DNA of 64,000 nt. It comes from Candidatus Heimdallarchaeum endolithica. GTDB lineage: Archaea > Asgardarchaeota > Heimdallarchaeia > Heimdallarchaeales > Heimdallarchaeaceae. The translations under genes were made by a program, and so were the position numbers. Below, in pieces: positions 30,158-40,532 of the stretch; the stretch's first letter is position 1, and every line of letters begins with the position of its first letter. The notes beneath the pieces are model-generated. The model had not been told where the DNA came from. It saw only the letters and a program-made list of their open reading frames with translations, and ran no database searches. The stretch spans positions 800,001-864,000 of the forward strand of contig CP084167.1 of NCBI GenBank assembly GCA_021513715.1, read 5' to 3'.

Positions 30158-32428
30158 ATGATTATAATGAAATTCAAGAATCCAAGTTTAACAGGAATAA
30201 TAATGGCACTAATTGTTAGTTCTTTTGCTATTGGAGGATTTTTCCTAGTAAGATACAATTTTTCAGGAAACAATGGATTTGAGGGAAATATTCAACAACA
30301 AGTCCCCTTATCGATTAATACTACCTTTTCAACTTATAATCTTCAAGGATTAAATTATTCGCCGTCCATTATCCCAACAAAAATTAAACCAGGTTTAATG
30401 AATGTAAATTTGCAAGGTTTAAATGACGAATTGACTCCTGAAATAAAAAAAGATTTAGAAAAATATGGGTTTGCTCTTGTAGACAAGAGGATTGAAGACA
30501 TCTATGAACCAATGGATTTTGACATGAATACAGAAACACCAATGTATATTACCACTGATCTATGCCTTCACACTCTTCATTCGTTATTCGACAACTATTT
30601 ACGAATACTGGAGTATCACTACTTTAACGAATATTTTGCCAGCATGATAAGTACTCTAAGAGATAATCAGATGGCTTTATATGAAGATACTGAAGTAGAA
30701 CAATCCCTTAAACCAATAATAGAAAAAAATATAGCTTACCTAACAGTGATAATAAGTTTATTAAATAATGAAACAATTATCCCCAACTACGTAGAGAACC
30801 TGGTTAACACTGAATTAGAAAATATTAATTTAGGAATGCCTACCTACTCTTCTATTTTCGGTTATTTAGAAGACTTTTCACAATATAAACCTAGAGGACA
30901 CTATACAAGAAATGAAGAACTAAAACAGTATTTCCAAGCGATGATGTATGCAGGAAGAATGAAATTCATTTTAGATGACAAAACAGAAGAAAACACTTTA
31001 GGAATTGAACAAACAAAAATGGCTTTACTATTAGTTTATTCTCTCTCTGCAAAAATAGATAACCAAGTTATTTGGGATTACTGGGATAAAATAGTTAGAA
31101 CAACAAGTTTTCTTGTAGGTGTGAGCGACGATCTTACTCCAAAAGAATACTTTGAAGTATGGTTAAACCAAACAGAAGAAAATATTACTCTCTCTCCATT
31201 AATAGATGACAACTTTGTGAAAGAACTAATAGCAAAACTGCAAGAATTACGCGCTCCAAAAATAAATTCGAGGTTTACAGCAACTTTTGAAGGAGAAGAG
31301 AACTCAGAAAAAGGAATGAGTCTGTTTGGTCAAAGTTATACTCCAGATGCATATATTTTCCAAGAACTAGTTTATGACAATCTACCTACTCGAATGTTTC
31401 CAAAGGGTTTAGACATCTTCTCTGTTTTTGGAAGTAAAAGAGCAGAATATCACCTAGCTTCTGAAAAAGAGTATGAAGGATATGAAGACAAGATAACTGA
31501 ATTACGTGATGAATTTGGCAATTTATCTTTTAGCGACTGGACGCAGAATTTCTATTGGCAGTGGCTTTTTACCTTACTTCCTTTACTTGAAGAAAAAGGA
31601 GAAGGTTACCCAGGTTATATGCAAAATGATGCTTGGACAGATAAATCGCTAATGACAGCTTTAGCTTCTTGGGCTGAATTAAAACATGACACTATCCTCT
31701 ATGCAAAGCAAGCTTATGCTGCTAAACTAGCTTTACCAGAGGGAACATATAATTATGTTGAACCCTATCCAGAGATATACTCAAGAATAGCTGCAACAAT
31801 ATCTATGTTAAAAGAAGGTTTAGAAAGTAGAGGATTATTATATTCTGACACATATAATGATTTCGAGTCAAAGTTTGATGACTTGATAACAATTATGAAC
31901 AATCTTACTACAATTAGCATTAAAGAACTTGAAAATCAGCCAATTACAGAATTTGAACAATATTTTATAAGAACAACTGGCAAAAATTTATTGTATATTT
32001 CAATAATTAGCGGAGAAACAGGAGAAGAACTTACTACTGAAACTGACAAACGAACTGCGATCATTGCAGATGTTTTTACAGAACCAAACAGCGGACAAGT
32101 ACTAGAAGTTGGAGTGGGTAACCCTTACTTAATTTATGTTGTTGTTCAAGATCATAAAGGAAAACTTTACCTTACCAGAGGAGTAACCTTTTCTTATTAT
32201 GAGTTCAAACAACCCATGAACAACAGATTAACAGATGAAGAATGGCAAGAAATGTTAGAAACTTCTCCTCCTGAATTACCAGAATGGATAAGAGAAAATC
32301 TGCCTTTAACAACAATCGAAGATAACGGAAACAATGTGAAAATGATACAAATGCAATGTGTTCCAAAAACTTTAGAACAAAGTAATGTAAAAAGAATAAA
32401 AATAATCATTCTTTACAATAAAAAATAA
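30158..32428 (+). CDS. DUF3160 family membrane-anchored protein
   Basis: N-terminal TM; ITTD..LH..H, EDFSQYKPRGHYT, YFQAMMY.GR, SWAELKHDTILYAKQ, FSYYEF...RLTDEEW. Confidence 0.88.
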   Translation: MIIMKFKNPSLTGIIMALIVSSFAIGGFFLVRYNFSGNNGFEGNIQQQVPLSINTTFSTYNLQGLNYSPSIIPTKIKPGLMNVNLQGLNDELTPEIKKDLEKYGFALVDKRIEDIYEPMDFDMNTETPMYITTDLCLHTLHSLFDNYLRILEYHYFNEYFASMISTLRDNQMALYEDTEVEQSLKPIIEKNIAYLTVIISLLNNETIIPNYVENLVNTELENINLGMPTYSSIFGYLEDFSQYKPRGHYTRNEELKQYFQAMMYAGRMKFILDDKTEENTLGIEQTKMALLLVYSLSAKIDNQVIWDYWDKIVRTTSFLVGVSDDLTPKEYFEVWLNQTEENITLSPLIDDNFVKELIAKLQELRAPKINSRFTATFEGEENSEKGMSLFGQSYTPDAYIFQELVYDNLPTRMFPKGLDIFSVFGSKRAEYHLASEKEYEGYEDKITELRDEFGNLSFSDWTQNFYWQWLFTLLPLLEEKGEGYPGYMQNDAWTDKSLMTALASWAELKHDTILYAKQAYAAKLALPEGTYNYVEPYPEIYSRIAATISMLKEGLESRGLLYSDTYNDFESKFDDLITIMNNLTTISIKELENQPITEFEQYFIRTTGKNLLYISIISGETGEELTTETDKRTAIIADVFTEPNSGQVLEVGVGNPYLIYVVVQDHKGKLYLTRGVTFSYYEFKQPMNNRLTDEEWQEMLETSPPELPEWIRENLPLTTIEDNGNNVKMIQMQCVPKTLEQSNVKRIKIIILYNKK

Positions 32429-32515
32429 CTACATAGATATTTCTTCTTTTTTCTTTTTGGTTTTTCTTTGATTTTTTTTTAACTTTTTTGTTTGAAATAA
32501 AAGTTTTGGAAACAT

Positions 32516-32561
32516 TGTACTAGGCTTTGAACATTATCGTTCTCGTTCTAGTTTTATAAGT
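32516..32561 (+). promoter_or_regulatory. Conserved promoter/operator upstream of DUF3160 copy 2
   Basis: Duplicate of 30093-30138. Confidence 0.65.
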
Positions 32562-32582
32562 GTCAATGGGTAATATTATACG

Positions 32583-34850
32583 ATGAAAATGAATATAAAA
32601 AAACCAATCATCTCATATGTAATTATCGGAATAGTAGTTAGTTCTAGCATAATTGGAGGGTTTTTTCTAATAAAAAACCTCACTCAAAATAACAACACTG
32701 TAATTCAACAGCAGATACCATTATCTATTAACTCATCTTTTGCTACATTTAATCTACAAGGATTAAATTATACTCCTTCAATTGTACCAACAAATATCAA
32801 GAAGGGTTTGAATAATGTAAATCTACAAGGATTAGATAAGGAGTTAACTCCTGAAATAATAGAAAAATTAGAAGAATATGGTTTCGCTCTTGTAGATAAA
32901 GGAATTGAGGACATTTATAAACCTGTAGACTTTGATATGAATACTGAGACTCCTATGTATGTTACTACTGATCTATGTCTTCATACTCTTCATTCGTTAT
33001 TTGATATCTATCTACGAATATTGGAATATTATTACTTTAATGAGAATTTTACGACGATGATAAGTGCTTTAAGAGAACATCAAATTAGTATGTACAAATC
33101 CTCTTCATTAGATCAATCTCTCAAGCCTATTTTAGAGAAAAATATTGCTTATTTAACTGTGATCTTAAGGCTCCTTGACAACCAAACATCTATTCCTAAT
33201 TGTGTAAAAGACATAGTAGAAAGTGAATTAGGAAAAATTAACACTGGAATACCTGATTATTCTTCTATTTTCGGTTATTTAGAAGACTTTTCACAATACA
33301 AACCCAGAGGACATTATACTAGAAGTGAAAAATTAGCAAATTATTTCCAAGCGATGATGTATGCAGGAAGAATGAAATTCATCTTGGATGACAAAACAGA
33401 AGAGAATAACTTAGGAATTGAACAAACAAAGATGGCTTTACTATTAGTTTACACTTTTTCTGCAGAGATAGATGATCAAATAATCTGGGATTACTGGGAT
33501 AAAATAGTTAGGACAACTAATTTTCTTGTGGGTGTAAGTGATGACCTTACTCCAAAAGAATACTTTGAAGTATGGTTAAATCAGACAGAGGAACACATTG
33601 AACTATCTTCACTAACTGATGATGAACTTGTAAAGAATATTATTAATAAACTACAAGAACTGAAAGAACCAAAAATAAATTCGAGGTTTACAGCAACTTT
33701 TGAAGGAGAAGAGAACTCAGAAAAAGGAATGAGCTTATTTGGTCAAAGTTATACTCCAGATGCATATATTTTCCAAGAACTAGTTTATGACAATTTACCT
33801 TCTCGAATGTTTCCAAAGGGTTTAGACATCTTCTCTGTTTTTGGAAGTAAAAGAGCAGAATATCACCTAGCTTCTGAAAAAGAGTATGAAGGATATACAG
33901 AAAAAATAAATGAATTACGAGATGAATTCAGTAATTTATCTTTTAGCGACTGGACGCAGAATTTCTACTGGCAATGGCTTTTTACCTTACTTCCTTTACT
34001 TAAAGAGAAAGGAGAAGGATACCCTGGTTACATGCAAAGCGATGCTTGGACAGATAAGTCATTAATGACAGCTTTAGCTTCATGGGCTGAATTAAAACAT
34101 GATACTATTCTCTACTCTAAACAAGCATACGCAGTTATGGGTCTCACAAAAAGTATCTACCATTATTTAGAACCCTATCCTGAGGTTTACTCAAGAATAG
34201 CGGCGACTGTATCTATGCTTAAAGAAGGTTTAGAAAAAAGAGGGTTGCTATATTCTGATGAAAATAATAACTTTGAATCAAAGTTTAATGAATTTATATC
34301 TATCATGAATAACTTAACAGAGATAAGTATTAAAGAATTAGAAAATAAACCCTTAAACTCAGAAGACCTATCATTTATTCAAATGACAGGAAAAAGATTG
34401 CTATATACAACTATTATTTATGGTAAAGAAAACGAAGAAATAACTTCAGAAACAGATAAACGAACTGCAATTATTACAGATGTTTTTACAGAACCAAACA
34501 GTGAGCAAGTTCTAGAAGTAGGAGTGGGTAACCCTTTCATAATTTATGTTGTTGTTCAAGATCATAAAGGAAAGCTTTACCTTACCAGAGGAGTAACCTT
34601 TTCTTATTATGAGTTCAAACAACCTATGAATAACAGATTAACTGACGAGGAATGGCAAGAAATGTTAGAAACTTCTCCTCCAGATTTGCCTGAATGGATA
34701 CAACAAAATTTGCCTATTGTCCAAATCGAAAACAATGAAGTACAAGTTAAACAATTAGCTCTACAAACATCAGATATTCAAATAAAGATAAAAAAGGTTA
34801 GAAATTTAGGAGATAATTATTGGAATTATGCTATAGAAAGACACGACTGA
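32583..34850 (+). CDS. DUF3160 family membrane-anchored protein (tandem paralog)
   Basis: Same motifs, colinear with 30158-32428. Confidence 0.88.
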   Translation: MKMNIKKPIISYVIIGIVVSSSIIGGFFLIKNLTQNNNTVIQQQIPLSINSSFATFNLQGLNYTPSIVPTNIKKGLNNVNLQGLDKELTPEIIEKLEEYGFALVDKGIEDIYKPVDFDMNTETPMYVTTDLCLHTLHSLFDIYLRILEYYYFNENFTTMISALREHQISMYKSSSLDQSLKPILEKNIAYLTVILRLLDNQTSIPNCVKDIVESELGKINTGIPDYSSIFGYLEDFSQYKPRGHYTRSEKLANYFQAMMYAGRMKFILDDKTEENNLGIEQTKMALLLVYTFSAEIDDQIIWDYWDKIVRTTNFLVGVSDDLTPKEYFEVWLNQTEEHIELSSLTDDELVKNIINKLQELKEPKINSRFTATFEGEENSEKGMSLFGQSYTPDAYIFQELVYDNLPSRMFPKGLDIFSVFGSKRAEYHLASEKEYEGYTEKINELRDEFSNLSFSDWTQNFYWQWLFTLLPLLKEKGEGYPGYMQSDAWTDKSLMTALASWAELKHDTILYSKQAYAVMGLTKSIYHYLEPYPEVYSRIAATVSMLKEGLEKRGLLYSDENNNFESKFNEFISIMNNLTEISIKELENKPLNSEDLSFIQMTGKRLLYTTIIYGKENEEITSETDKRTAIITDVFTEPNSEQVLEVGVGNPFIIYVVVQDHKGKLYLTRGVTFSYYEFKQPMNNRLTDEEWQEMLETSPPDLPEWIQQNLPIVQIENNEVQVKQLALQTSDIQIKIKKVRNLGDNYWNYAIERHD

Positions 34851-35763
34851 ACTCACCTAAAGGATCAGTGATTCCTTCAGATTTTCTAACTACAATAACC
34901 ATTTTTCTTATTCCCATCTCCTCTACTTTTTCAATCTTAACTTTTATATCATCTAGAAAGCCTATAAATTGATTATCTAAAATTTCCTCTTTACTTTTTC
35001 TTTTTTCTTCAGGAACTCTTTTATTTATTTTTTCTATTAATTTATCAAGTGATTCTTGACTATTTACCAAGGTGACAGTATTAAATAGTGATATTTCAAA
35101 ATCATCAAGATTTCTGTTATAATGTTCTAATCTCTTATTTATATAATGTATTTTTTCTTCTAATTCAGTAAGAGGTACATAGGGGAGATTTATTCCATCT
35201 GCTTCTCTACACGCAATATCAATCATTCTTTTTCCTGAAGAGCCAAGAACAATTTGAGGATAAGGCTTTTGAATAGGCTTAGGAAAATTTCTATTACGCT
35301 CTAGTTTCCAGAATTTACCGCTAAAATCAGTAACATCTTCAGTAAACAATTTTTTATAAATTGTAAGTGATTCTTCTAACTGATCAACTCTCTCTTTTGG
35401 TGAGGGAAAGGGATAACCATAAGCTTTGTATTCTTCTTCATACCACCCTGCACCTAACCAAAGAAGAGCTCTTCCTTCACTTATATGATCAAGAGTAGAG
35501 ATACATTTAGCAAGATAAGCAGGATTTCTGAAAGAATTACAAATAACAGTATGACCTAATTTCAATTTTTTAGTTTCTACTGCTAAAGCAGTCATAAGCA
35601 TTATCGCTTCTAAATAAGGTTCTTTTTTATCCTGTTTTTCATCAAAACCAATTAAATGATCATTAACGTGGATAGAGTCATACCCTAACCCTTCTACACG
35701 AATTGCAAGATCTCTAATCTGAGGATAAAGAAGAGGTCCTCTAATATAATAACCAAATTTCAT
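34831..35763 (-). CDS. LLM-class flavin/F420-dependent oxidoreductase
   Basis: GYDSIHVNDH, RNPAYLAK..TLD.ISEGR, GAGWYEEE, PKPIQ. Confidence 0.88.
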   Translation of the reverse strand: MKFGYYIRGPLLYPQIRDLAIRVEGLGYDSIHVNDHLIGFDEKQDKKEPYLEAIMLMTALAVETKKLKLGHTVICNSFRNPAYLAKCISTLDHISEGRALLWLGAGWYEEEYKAYGYPFPSPKERVDQLEESLTIYKKLFTEDVTDFSGKFWKLERNRNFPKPIQKPYPQIVLGSSGKRMIDIACREADGINLPYVPLTELEEKIHYINKRLEHYNRNLDDFEISLFNTVTLVNSQESLDKLIEKINKRVPEEKRKSKEEILDNQFIGFLDDIKVKIEKVEEMGIRKMVIVVRKSEGITDPLGEFSRVFL

Positions 35764-35936
35764 ATTGAAACATAGAAAAATGGATATTTAACAATTTACT
35801 TTCAGCCTTTTTTCTAAATCATAGTATTAAGGCTTAAAACGTTATTTCCTTTATAATTTGAAAAAATAACATTTAAATAATTTCATTTGCTTAGTTATTA
35901 TATGAATATAAAAAAAAACAAATAATAGAATTATTT

Positions 35937-37679
35937 ATGTTTTTTAGCTTATTTTTATGTTCAAGTTCAATATCAGCTGATACACAACCTATTCTCTTCG
36001 ACATAACGATCATTTCTCCAAACTCTGGTTCAGCAAGAAGCCAATGGCCAAAATTATTAGATCAGACCTTACCCCAAATAGGAATAAACGTTACTCATAT
36101 CTATGAAGGTTGGAATTTTATCTCTGAAAGAACATGGAATTATCCAGTTGACGAAGAAGGATATGAAGATCACATACCATCCTATAAAGAAGGAGGGTAT
36201 GATATACTTACAATTGGATGGGGGTGGGATTTTGATTGGGATCCAACGGGAATATTAGATTCAACTTCAATTGTCCCAAATGGATATAACTTTTACCAGT
36301 ATAACAGCTCAGAGTTTGACAACATTCTAGAAGAATACTTATCTGAGTTTGAGATATCAAAAAGAATAGAAAAAGCAAAGGAGCTTCAATCAATATTATA
36401 TAATGACTTACCTGCGATTACTGTTTTTTACCCGAGGGAAAAAAGTTTCAATTTACCTGGAGTCTCCAATGTTGATTTTGAATTACTAGACCAAGGTATT
36501 CCTCGAACTGAATATTGGAAAAACAGTGAAAAAGACAATATAACATATATGACATATTATGATTTTTATTCTCCTAACTTGTTTCTAAAAGACACTCATA
36601 TTGAAGAAATGATGGGTAACATTATTTTTTATGGACTTTTTGAGAGAGCACAAAATACACATTTGTATGAACCAGTTATTGCTCAAAATTATTCTATATC
36701 AGAAGATAAGAAAACAATTATTGTGGACATAAACCCTGATGCTTATTTTAGTAATGGAGATCCTGTAACTGCTTATGATGTAGATTTTAGTTATGAATTG
36801 TTTATGACCCCTGGAGTGCGTGATTACCTTTATTCATATTACAATATTTATGATTTACTAACAACATACTTTGAAAACAATGATAGTATTCGAGCTATAG
36901 ATGAGGATACTGTTCAATTCGAATTCAAAGAACCTTACATTTTCTGGCCATATTTATTAAGCATTGATATTGTAAACAAGAAGTTATTTGAAGAATATAT
37001 TGAAGATAATGGTTACAACTTTGATACTAATAATCAAACATTGTTTATTGGAGCAGGTCCATTCACCCTAAATGTTACTGAAGACTATGATTTAGAAAAT
37101 CAGACAGTAACTTTTCATAAAAATGAATACTGGAAATTAACTGATAAAATCAATCTTGATTCTATTATCTTTCAATGTAAAATCTATAGTAACGATGCAA
37201 CAGATAAAATTGAAAATAAAGAAATAGATATCATTGATGATCTTTACAGATATTTAGATATACTAGTAAACAACACAGAGTGGGAAAGTACAGAAATTAG
37301 AACAACAGGATACGCAGAATTAACGATCAACATGTTTCATCCAATTTTAGGAACAGGAGAACTTACACCTCTTGGAACTGCAGAAGCAGCTAATAATGTC
37401 AGAAGAGCAATAAGCCATTCTATAAATAGAGAACAAATTATAGAAGAAGTGTTAGAAGGGCTAGGTAAACCAGGAGTTGTACCTTTCTCAGAATTGTGTA
37501 TAGGTTTTGATACAACTCTTACTCCTTACTCCTACAATATCACATTAGCTAAATCGCTAATGGAAGAAGCAGGATACAGTTTTGAACAAACAACACCAGA
37601 AGAAACAGCTTATTCTTTAGCCTTTATTCTTTCTTTACTTGGAGTTACAATTGCAATATCTAAAAAAACTAAAAAATAA
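35937..37679 (+). CDS. ABC solute-binding protein family 5, circularly permuted; 5' end frameshifted relative to ATG 35902
   Basis: FSNGDPVTAYDVDFS, GAGPF, VRRAISHSINR, AKSLMEEAG; C-terminal TM anchor. Confidence 0.85.
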   Translation: MFFSLFLCSSSISADTQPILFDITIISPNSGSARSQWPKLLDQTLPQIGINVTHIYEGWNFISERTWNYPVDEEGYEDHIPSYKEGGYDILTIGWGWDFDWDPTGILDSTSIVPNGYNFYQYNSSEFDNILEEYLSEFEISKRIEKAKELQSILYNDLPAITVFYPREKSFNLPGVSNVDFELLDQGIPRTEYWKNSEKDNITYMTYYDFYSPNLFLKDTHIEEMMGNIIFYGLFERAQNTHLYEPVIAQNYSISEDKKTIIVDINPDAYFSNGDPVTAYDVDFSYELFMTPGVRDYLYSYYNIYDLLTTYFENNDSIRAIDEDTVQFEFKEPYIFWPYLLSIDIVNKKLFEEYIEDNGYNFDTNNQTLFIGAGPFTLNVTEDYDLENQTVTFHKNEYWKLTDKINLDSIIFQCKIYSNDATDKIENKEIDIIDDLYRYLDILVNNTEWESTEIRTTGYAELTINMFHPILGTGELTPLGTAEAANNVRRAISHSINREQIIEEVLEGLGKPGVVPFSELCIGFDTTLTPYSYNITLAKSLMEEAGYSFEQTTPEETAYSLAFILSLLGVTIAISKKTKK

Positions 37680-37783
37680 TTTTTCTCTTTTCTTGCAAAA
37701 CAAACTTTAAAGACTTAAAACTTTATTTTTTTTGTGCTTTTGAAAAAATAACATTTAAATAATTTCGTTTACTTAGTTACTGT

Positions 37784-39559
37784 ATGAAAATAAAAAAAAA
37801 CCATATAAAAGAACTAACAATATTTTTTAGTTTATTTTTGAGTTTAAGTTTAATATCAGCAGATACAGCGCCCATTTTTTTCGATATAACAATCATTTCT
37901 CCCAACACTTGTCCAGCACGAAACCAATGGGAACCTCTATTAGATCAGATCTTACCACAAATAGGAATAAATGTTACTCATGAATATGTACATTGGGGTT
38001 TTATCTCTGAAAGAACATGGAATTATCCAGTAGGTGAAGAAGGATATGAAGATCATATACCATCCTATGAAAAAGGAGGATATGACATACTTACAATTGG
38101 ATGGGGGTGGGATTTTGATTGGGATCCAACAGGACTATTCGATTCAGCTTCAATTGTCCCAAATGGAGATAACCTTTACCAGTATAACAGTTCAGAATTT
38201 GACAATACTCTAGAAGAATATTTATCAGAGTTTGAACTCTCAAAAAGAATAGAAAAAGCAAAGGAACTTCAATCTATATTATACAATGACTTACCTGCGA
38301 TTACTGTTTTTTACCCGAGGGAAAAAAGTTTCTATTTACCTGGAGTCTCTAACGTTGATTTTGAATTACTATACCAAAGTATTCCTAGAACTGAATATTG
38401 GAAAAACAGTGAAAAGAATAATATAACATATATGACATATTATGATTTTAATTCTCCTAACTTGTTTCTAAAAGACAATTATATTGAAGAAATAATGGGT
38501 AACATTATTTTCTATGGACTTTTTGAGAGAGCACAAAATACACATTTATACGAACCAGTTATTGCTCAGAATTATTCTATATCAGAAGATAAGAAAACAA
38601 TTATTGTGGACATAAACCCTGATGCTTATTTTAGTAATGGAGATCCTGTAACTGCTTATGATGTAGATTTTAGTTATGAATTATTTATGACACCTGGAGT
38701 ACGTGATGACCCTTATTCATATTACGATACTTATGATTTACTAACAACTTACTTTGAGAACAATGATAGTATTAAAGCGATTGACGATAATACTGTTCAA
38801 TTAGAATTTAAAAAGCCCTATGTTTTCTGGCAAGACTTGCTAAGTATTGATATTGTAAACAAGAAGTTATTTGAAGAATATATTGAAGATAATGGTTATA
38901 ACTTTGATACTAATAACCAATCATTGTTTATTGGAGCAGGACCATTCACCCTAAATGTTACTGAAGATTATGATTTAGAAAATCAGACAGTAACTTTCCA
39001 TAAAAATGAATATTGGAAATTAACTGAAACAGTTGAACTTGATTCTATAATCTTTTTATGTGAGATTGGCACTAACGATGCAACAGATAAAATTGAAAAC
39101 AAAGAAATAGATATTGCAGATACATTATTCAGATTTTTAGATATACTAGAGAACAACACAGAATGGGAAAGTACAGAAATTAGAACAGGAACACAAACAG
39201 AATTAACGATCAACATGCGTCATCCAATTTTAGGAACAGGAGAACTTACACCTCTCGGAACTGCAGAAGCAGCTAATAATATCAGAAGAGCAATAAGCCA
39301 TTCTATAAATAGAGAGCAACTAATTGAAGAAGTACTAGACGGAATAGGAAAACCGGGAGTTGTTCCTTACCCAGAATTGTGTATAGGCTTCGACACTAGC
39401 CTATCTCCTTACTCCTATAATATCACATTAGCTAAATCGCTAATGGAAGAAGCAGGATACAGTTTTGAACAAACAACACCAGAAGAAACAGCTTACCCAG
39501 TAGCATTTATTCTCTCTTTACTTGGAATCACAATAATTTTTTCTAAAAGGTCTAGATAA
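37784..39559 (+). CDS. ABC solute-binding protein family 5, circularly permuted (tandem paralog)
   Basis: Signal peptide, same motifs, C-terminal TTPEETAY linker, TM and basic tail. Confidence 0.88.
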   Translation: MKIKKNHIKELTIFFSLFLSLSLISADTAPIFFDITIISPNTCPARNQWEPLLDQILPQIGINVTHEYVHWGFISERTWNYPVGEEGYEDHIPSYEKGGYDILTIGWGWDFDWDPTGLFDSASIVPNGDNLYQYNSSEFDNTLEEYLSEFELSKRIEKAKELQSILYNDLPAITVFYPREKSFYLPGVSNVDFELLYQSIPRTEYWKNSEKNNITYMTYYDFNSPNLFLKDNYIEEIMGNIIFYGLFERAQNTHLYEPVIAQNYSISEDKKTIIVDINPDAYFSNGDPVTAYDVDFSYELFMTPGVRDDPYSYYDTYDLLTTYFENNDSIKAIDDNTVQLEFKKPYVFWQDLLSIDIVNKKLFEEYIEDNGYNFDTNNQSLFIGAGPFTLNVTEDYDLENQTVTFHKNEYWKLTETVELDSIIFLCEIGTNDATDKIENKEIDIADTLFRFLDILENNTEWESTEIRTGTQTELTINMRHPILGTGELTPLGTAEAANNIRRAISHSINREQLIEEVLDGIGKPGVVPYPELCIGFDTSLSPYSYNITLAKSLMEEAGYSFEQTTPEETAYPVAFILSLLGITIIFSKRSR

Positions 39560-39703
39560 CTTTTTTCTTTTTTAGATCAATTTTTGAGTTCTCACGTAGT
39601 CCTGTCCTTCGATAATCAAAGAATTGTAGTATAACCATTATTGATTAATTTAACAAGCTACCTACAATTACATTTTTATTTTTTATGCTTTTTAATCTTT
39701 AAT

Positions 39704-40300
39704 TTAATGCTTTGCTTTTTTCTTAATTATCACACCTATTATTGGCAAAGAAGCACCACATAACACACCAATGAGAACAGCAAGTACATAACCAAGGGTT
39801 GTTAAAAACTGGTTAGAAATTATGAAAATGGAACTTAACACAAGAAATGGTATCATTAAAAAAGCTGTAACTGCTCCAGGGTTATAGCCTTTGACCTTTT
39901 TCTGAAATACTAAAAGGTGCCCAACTATATTTACAACGTTAAAAATAATCATCGCAAAGCCAAGCCAAGGAGCAATAGAACTAATCAATGCAGCAAAAAC
40001 AAAAATAGCCCAAACACCCAAATTTATCACAACCACCACAACATCATTTATAGGTTCAAAACCAGAAGAATCTTCAACAGCAAAAACAGTTTTATAATTA
40101 ATAAATTGTTTAAAACCACCAGGAAAAACATACTCTTCAAATTCGTGAAGCATTAAAACTGCTAAATTCAGCCAATAAAGTAAAGAGAGCTTGTTGGTAA
40201 GACTGCTATTTTTCCAAAGAAAAATAACTATAAAAATAATAACGATTGCAAAAAATCCTCCCACCTTTGGCCAAATTGTGTTAAATTTTTTAAGTTTCAT
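39704..40300 (-). CDS. HXXEE-domain membrane protein
   Basis: LHEFEEY.FPGGF, N..GH, YNPG. Confidence 0.88.
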   Translation of the reverse strand: MKLKKFNTIWPKVGGFFAIVIIFIVIFLWKNSSLTNKLSLLYWLNLAVLMLHEFEEYVFPGGFKQFINYKTVFAVEDSSGFEPINDVVVVVINLGVWAIFVFAALISSIAPWLGFAMIIFNVVNIVGHLLVFQKKVKGYNPGAVTAFLMIPFLVLSSIFIISNQFLTTLGYVLAVLIGVLCGASLPIIGVIIKKKAKH

Positions 40301-40532
40301 AAGGATTTTAATAAAAAAGGTTATTTAAAGATTCTTTATTGAAAAAATTTTGTAATTTGCAAAGCCGTAGTGCTTGAATCAACACTAATTAGGAGTTCAA
40401 AAAAACTATAAATGTTTTTCTAATAATCTCTACATATATGAGTCCGAGTTGAGAAATAGGAGAAAAACAGTTTATAAAATATTTTTTTTATTTAACAATT
40501 TAAAAAAAAGAAAAAAAAAGAAAAATAAGAAA

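Noticed and set aside
35937-39559. Diversity-generating retroelement behind the SBP variation
   Set aside because: Differences are not adenine-specific and no reverse transcriptase is in the window
39560-40530. Slightly GC-richer intergenic patches flanking the HXXEE gene (8-bp inverted repeat AATTGTAG/CTACAATT)
   Set aside because: No tRNA fold, TIR/TSD pair or convincing ORF; could be decayed gene remnants but unsupported
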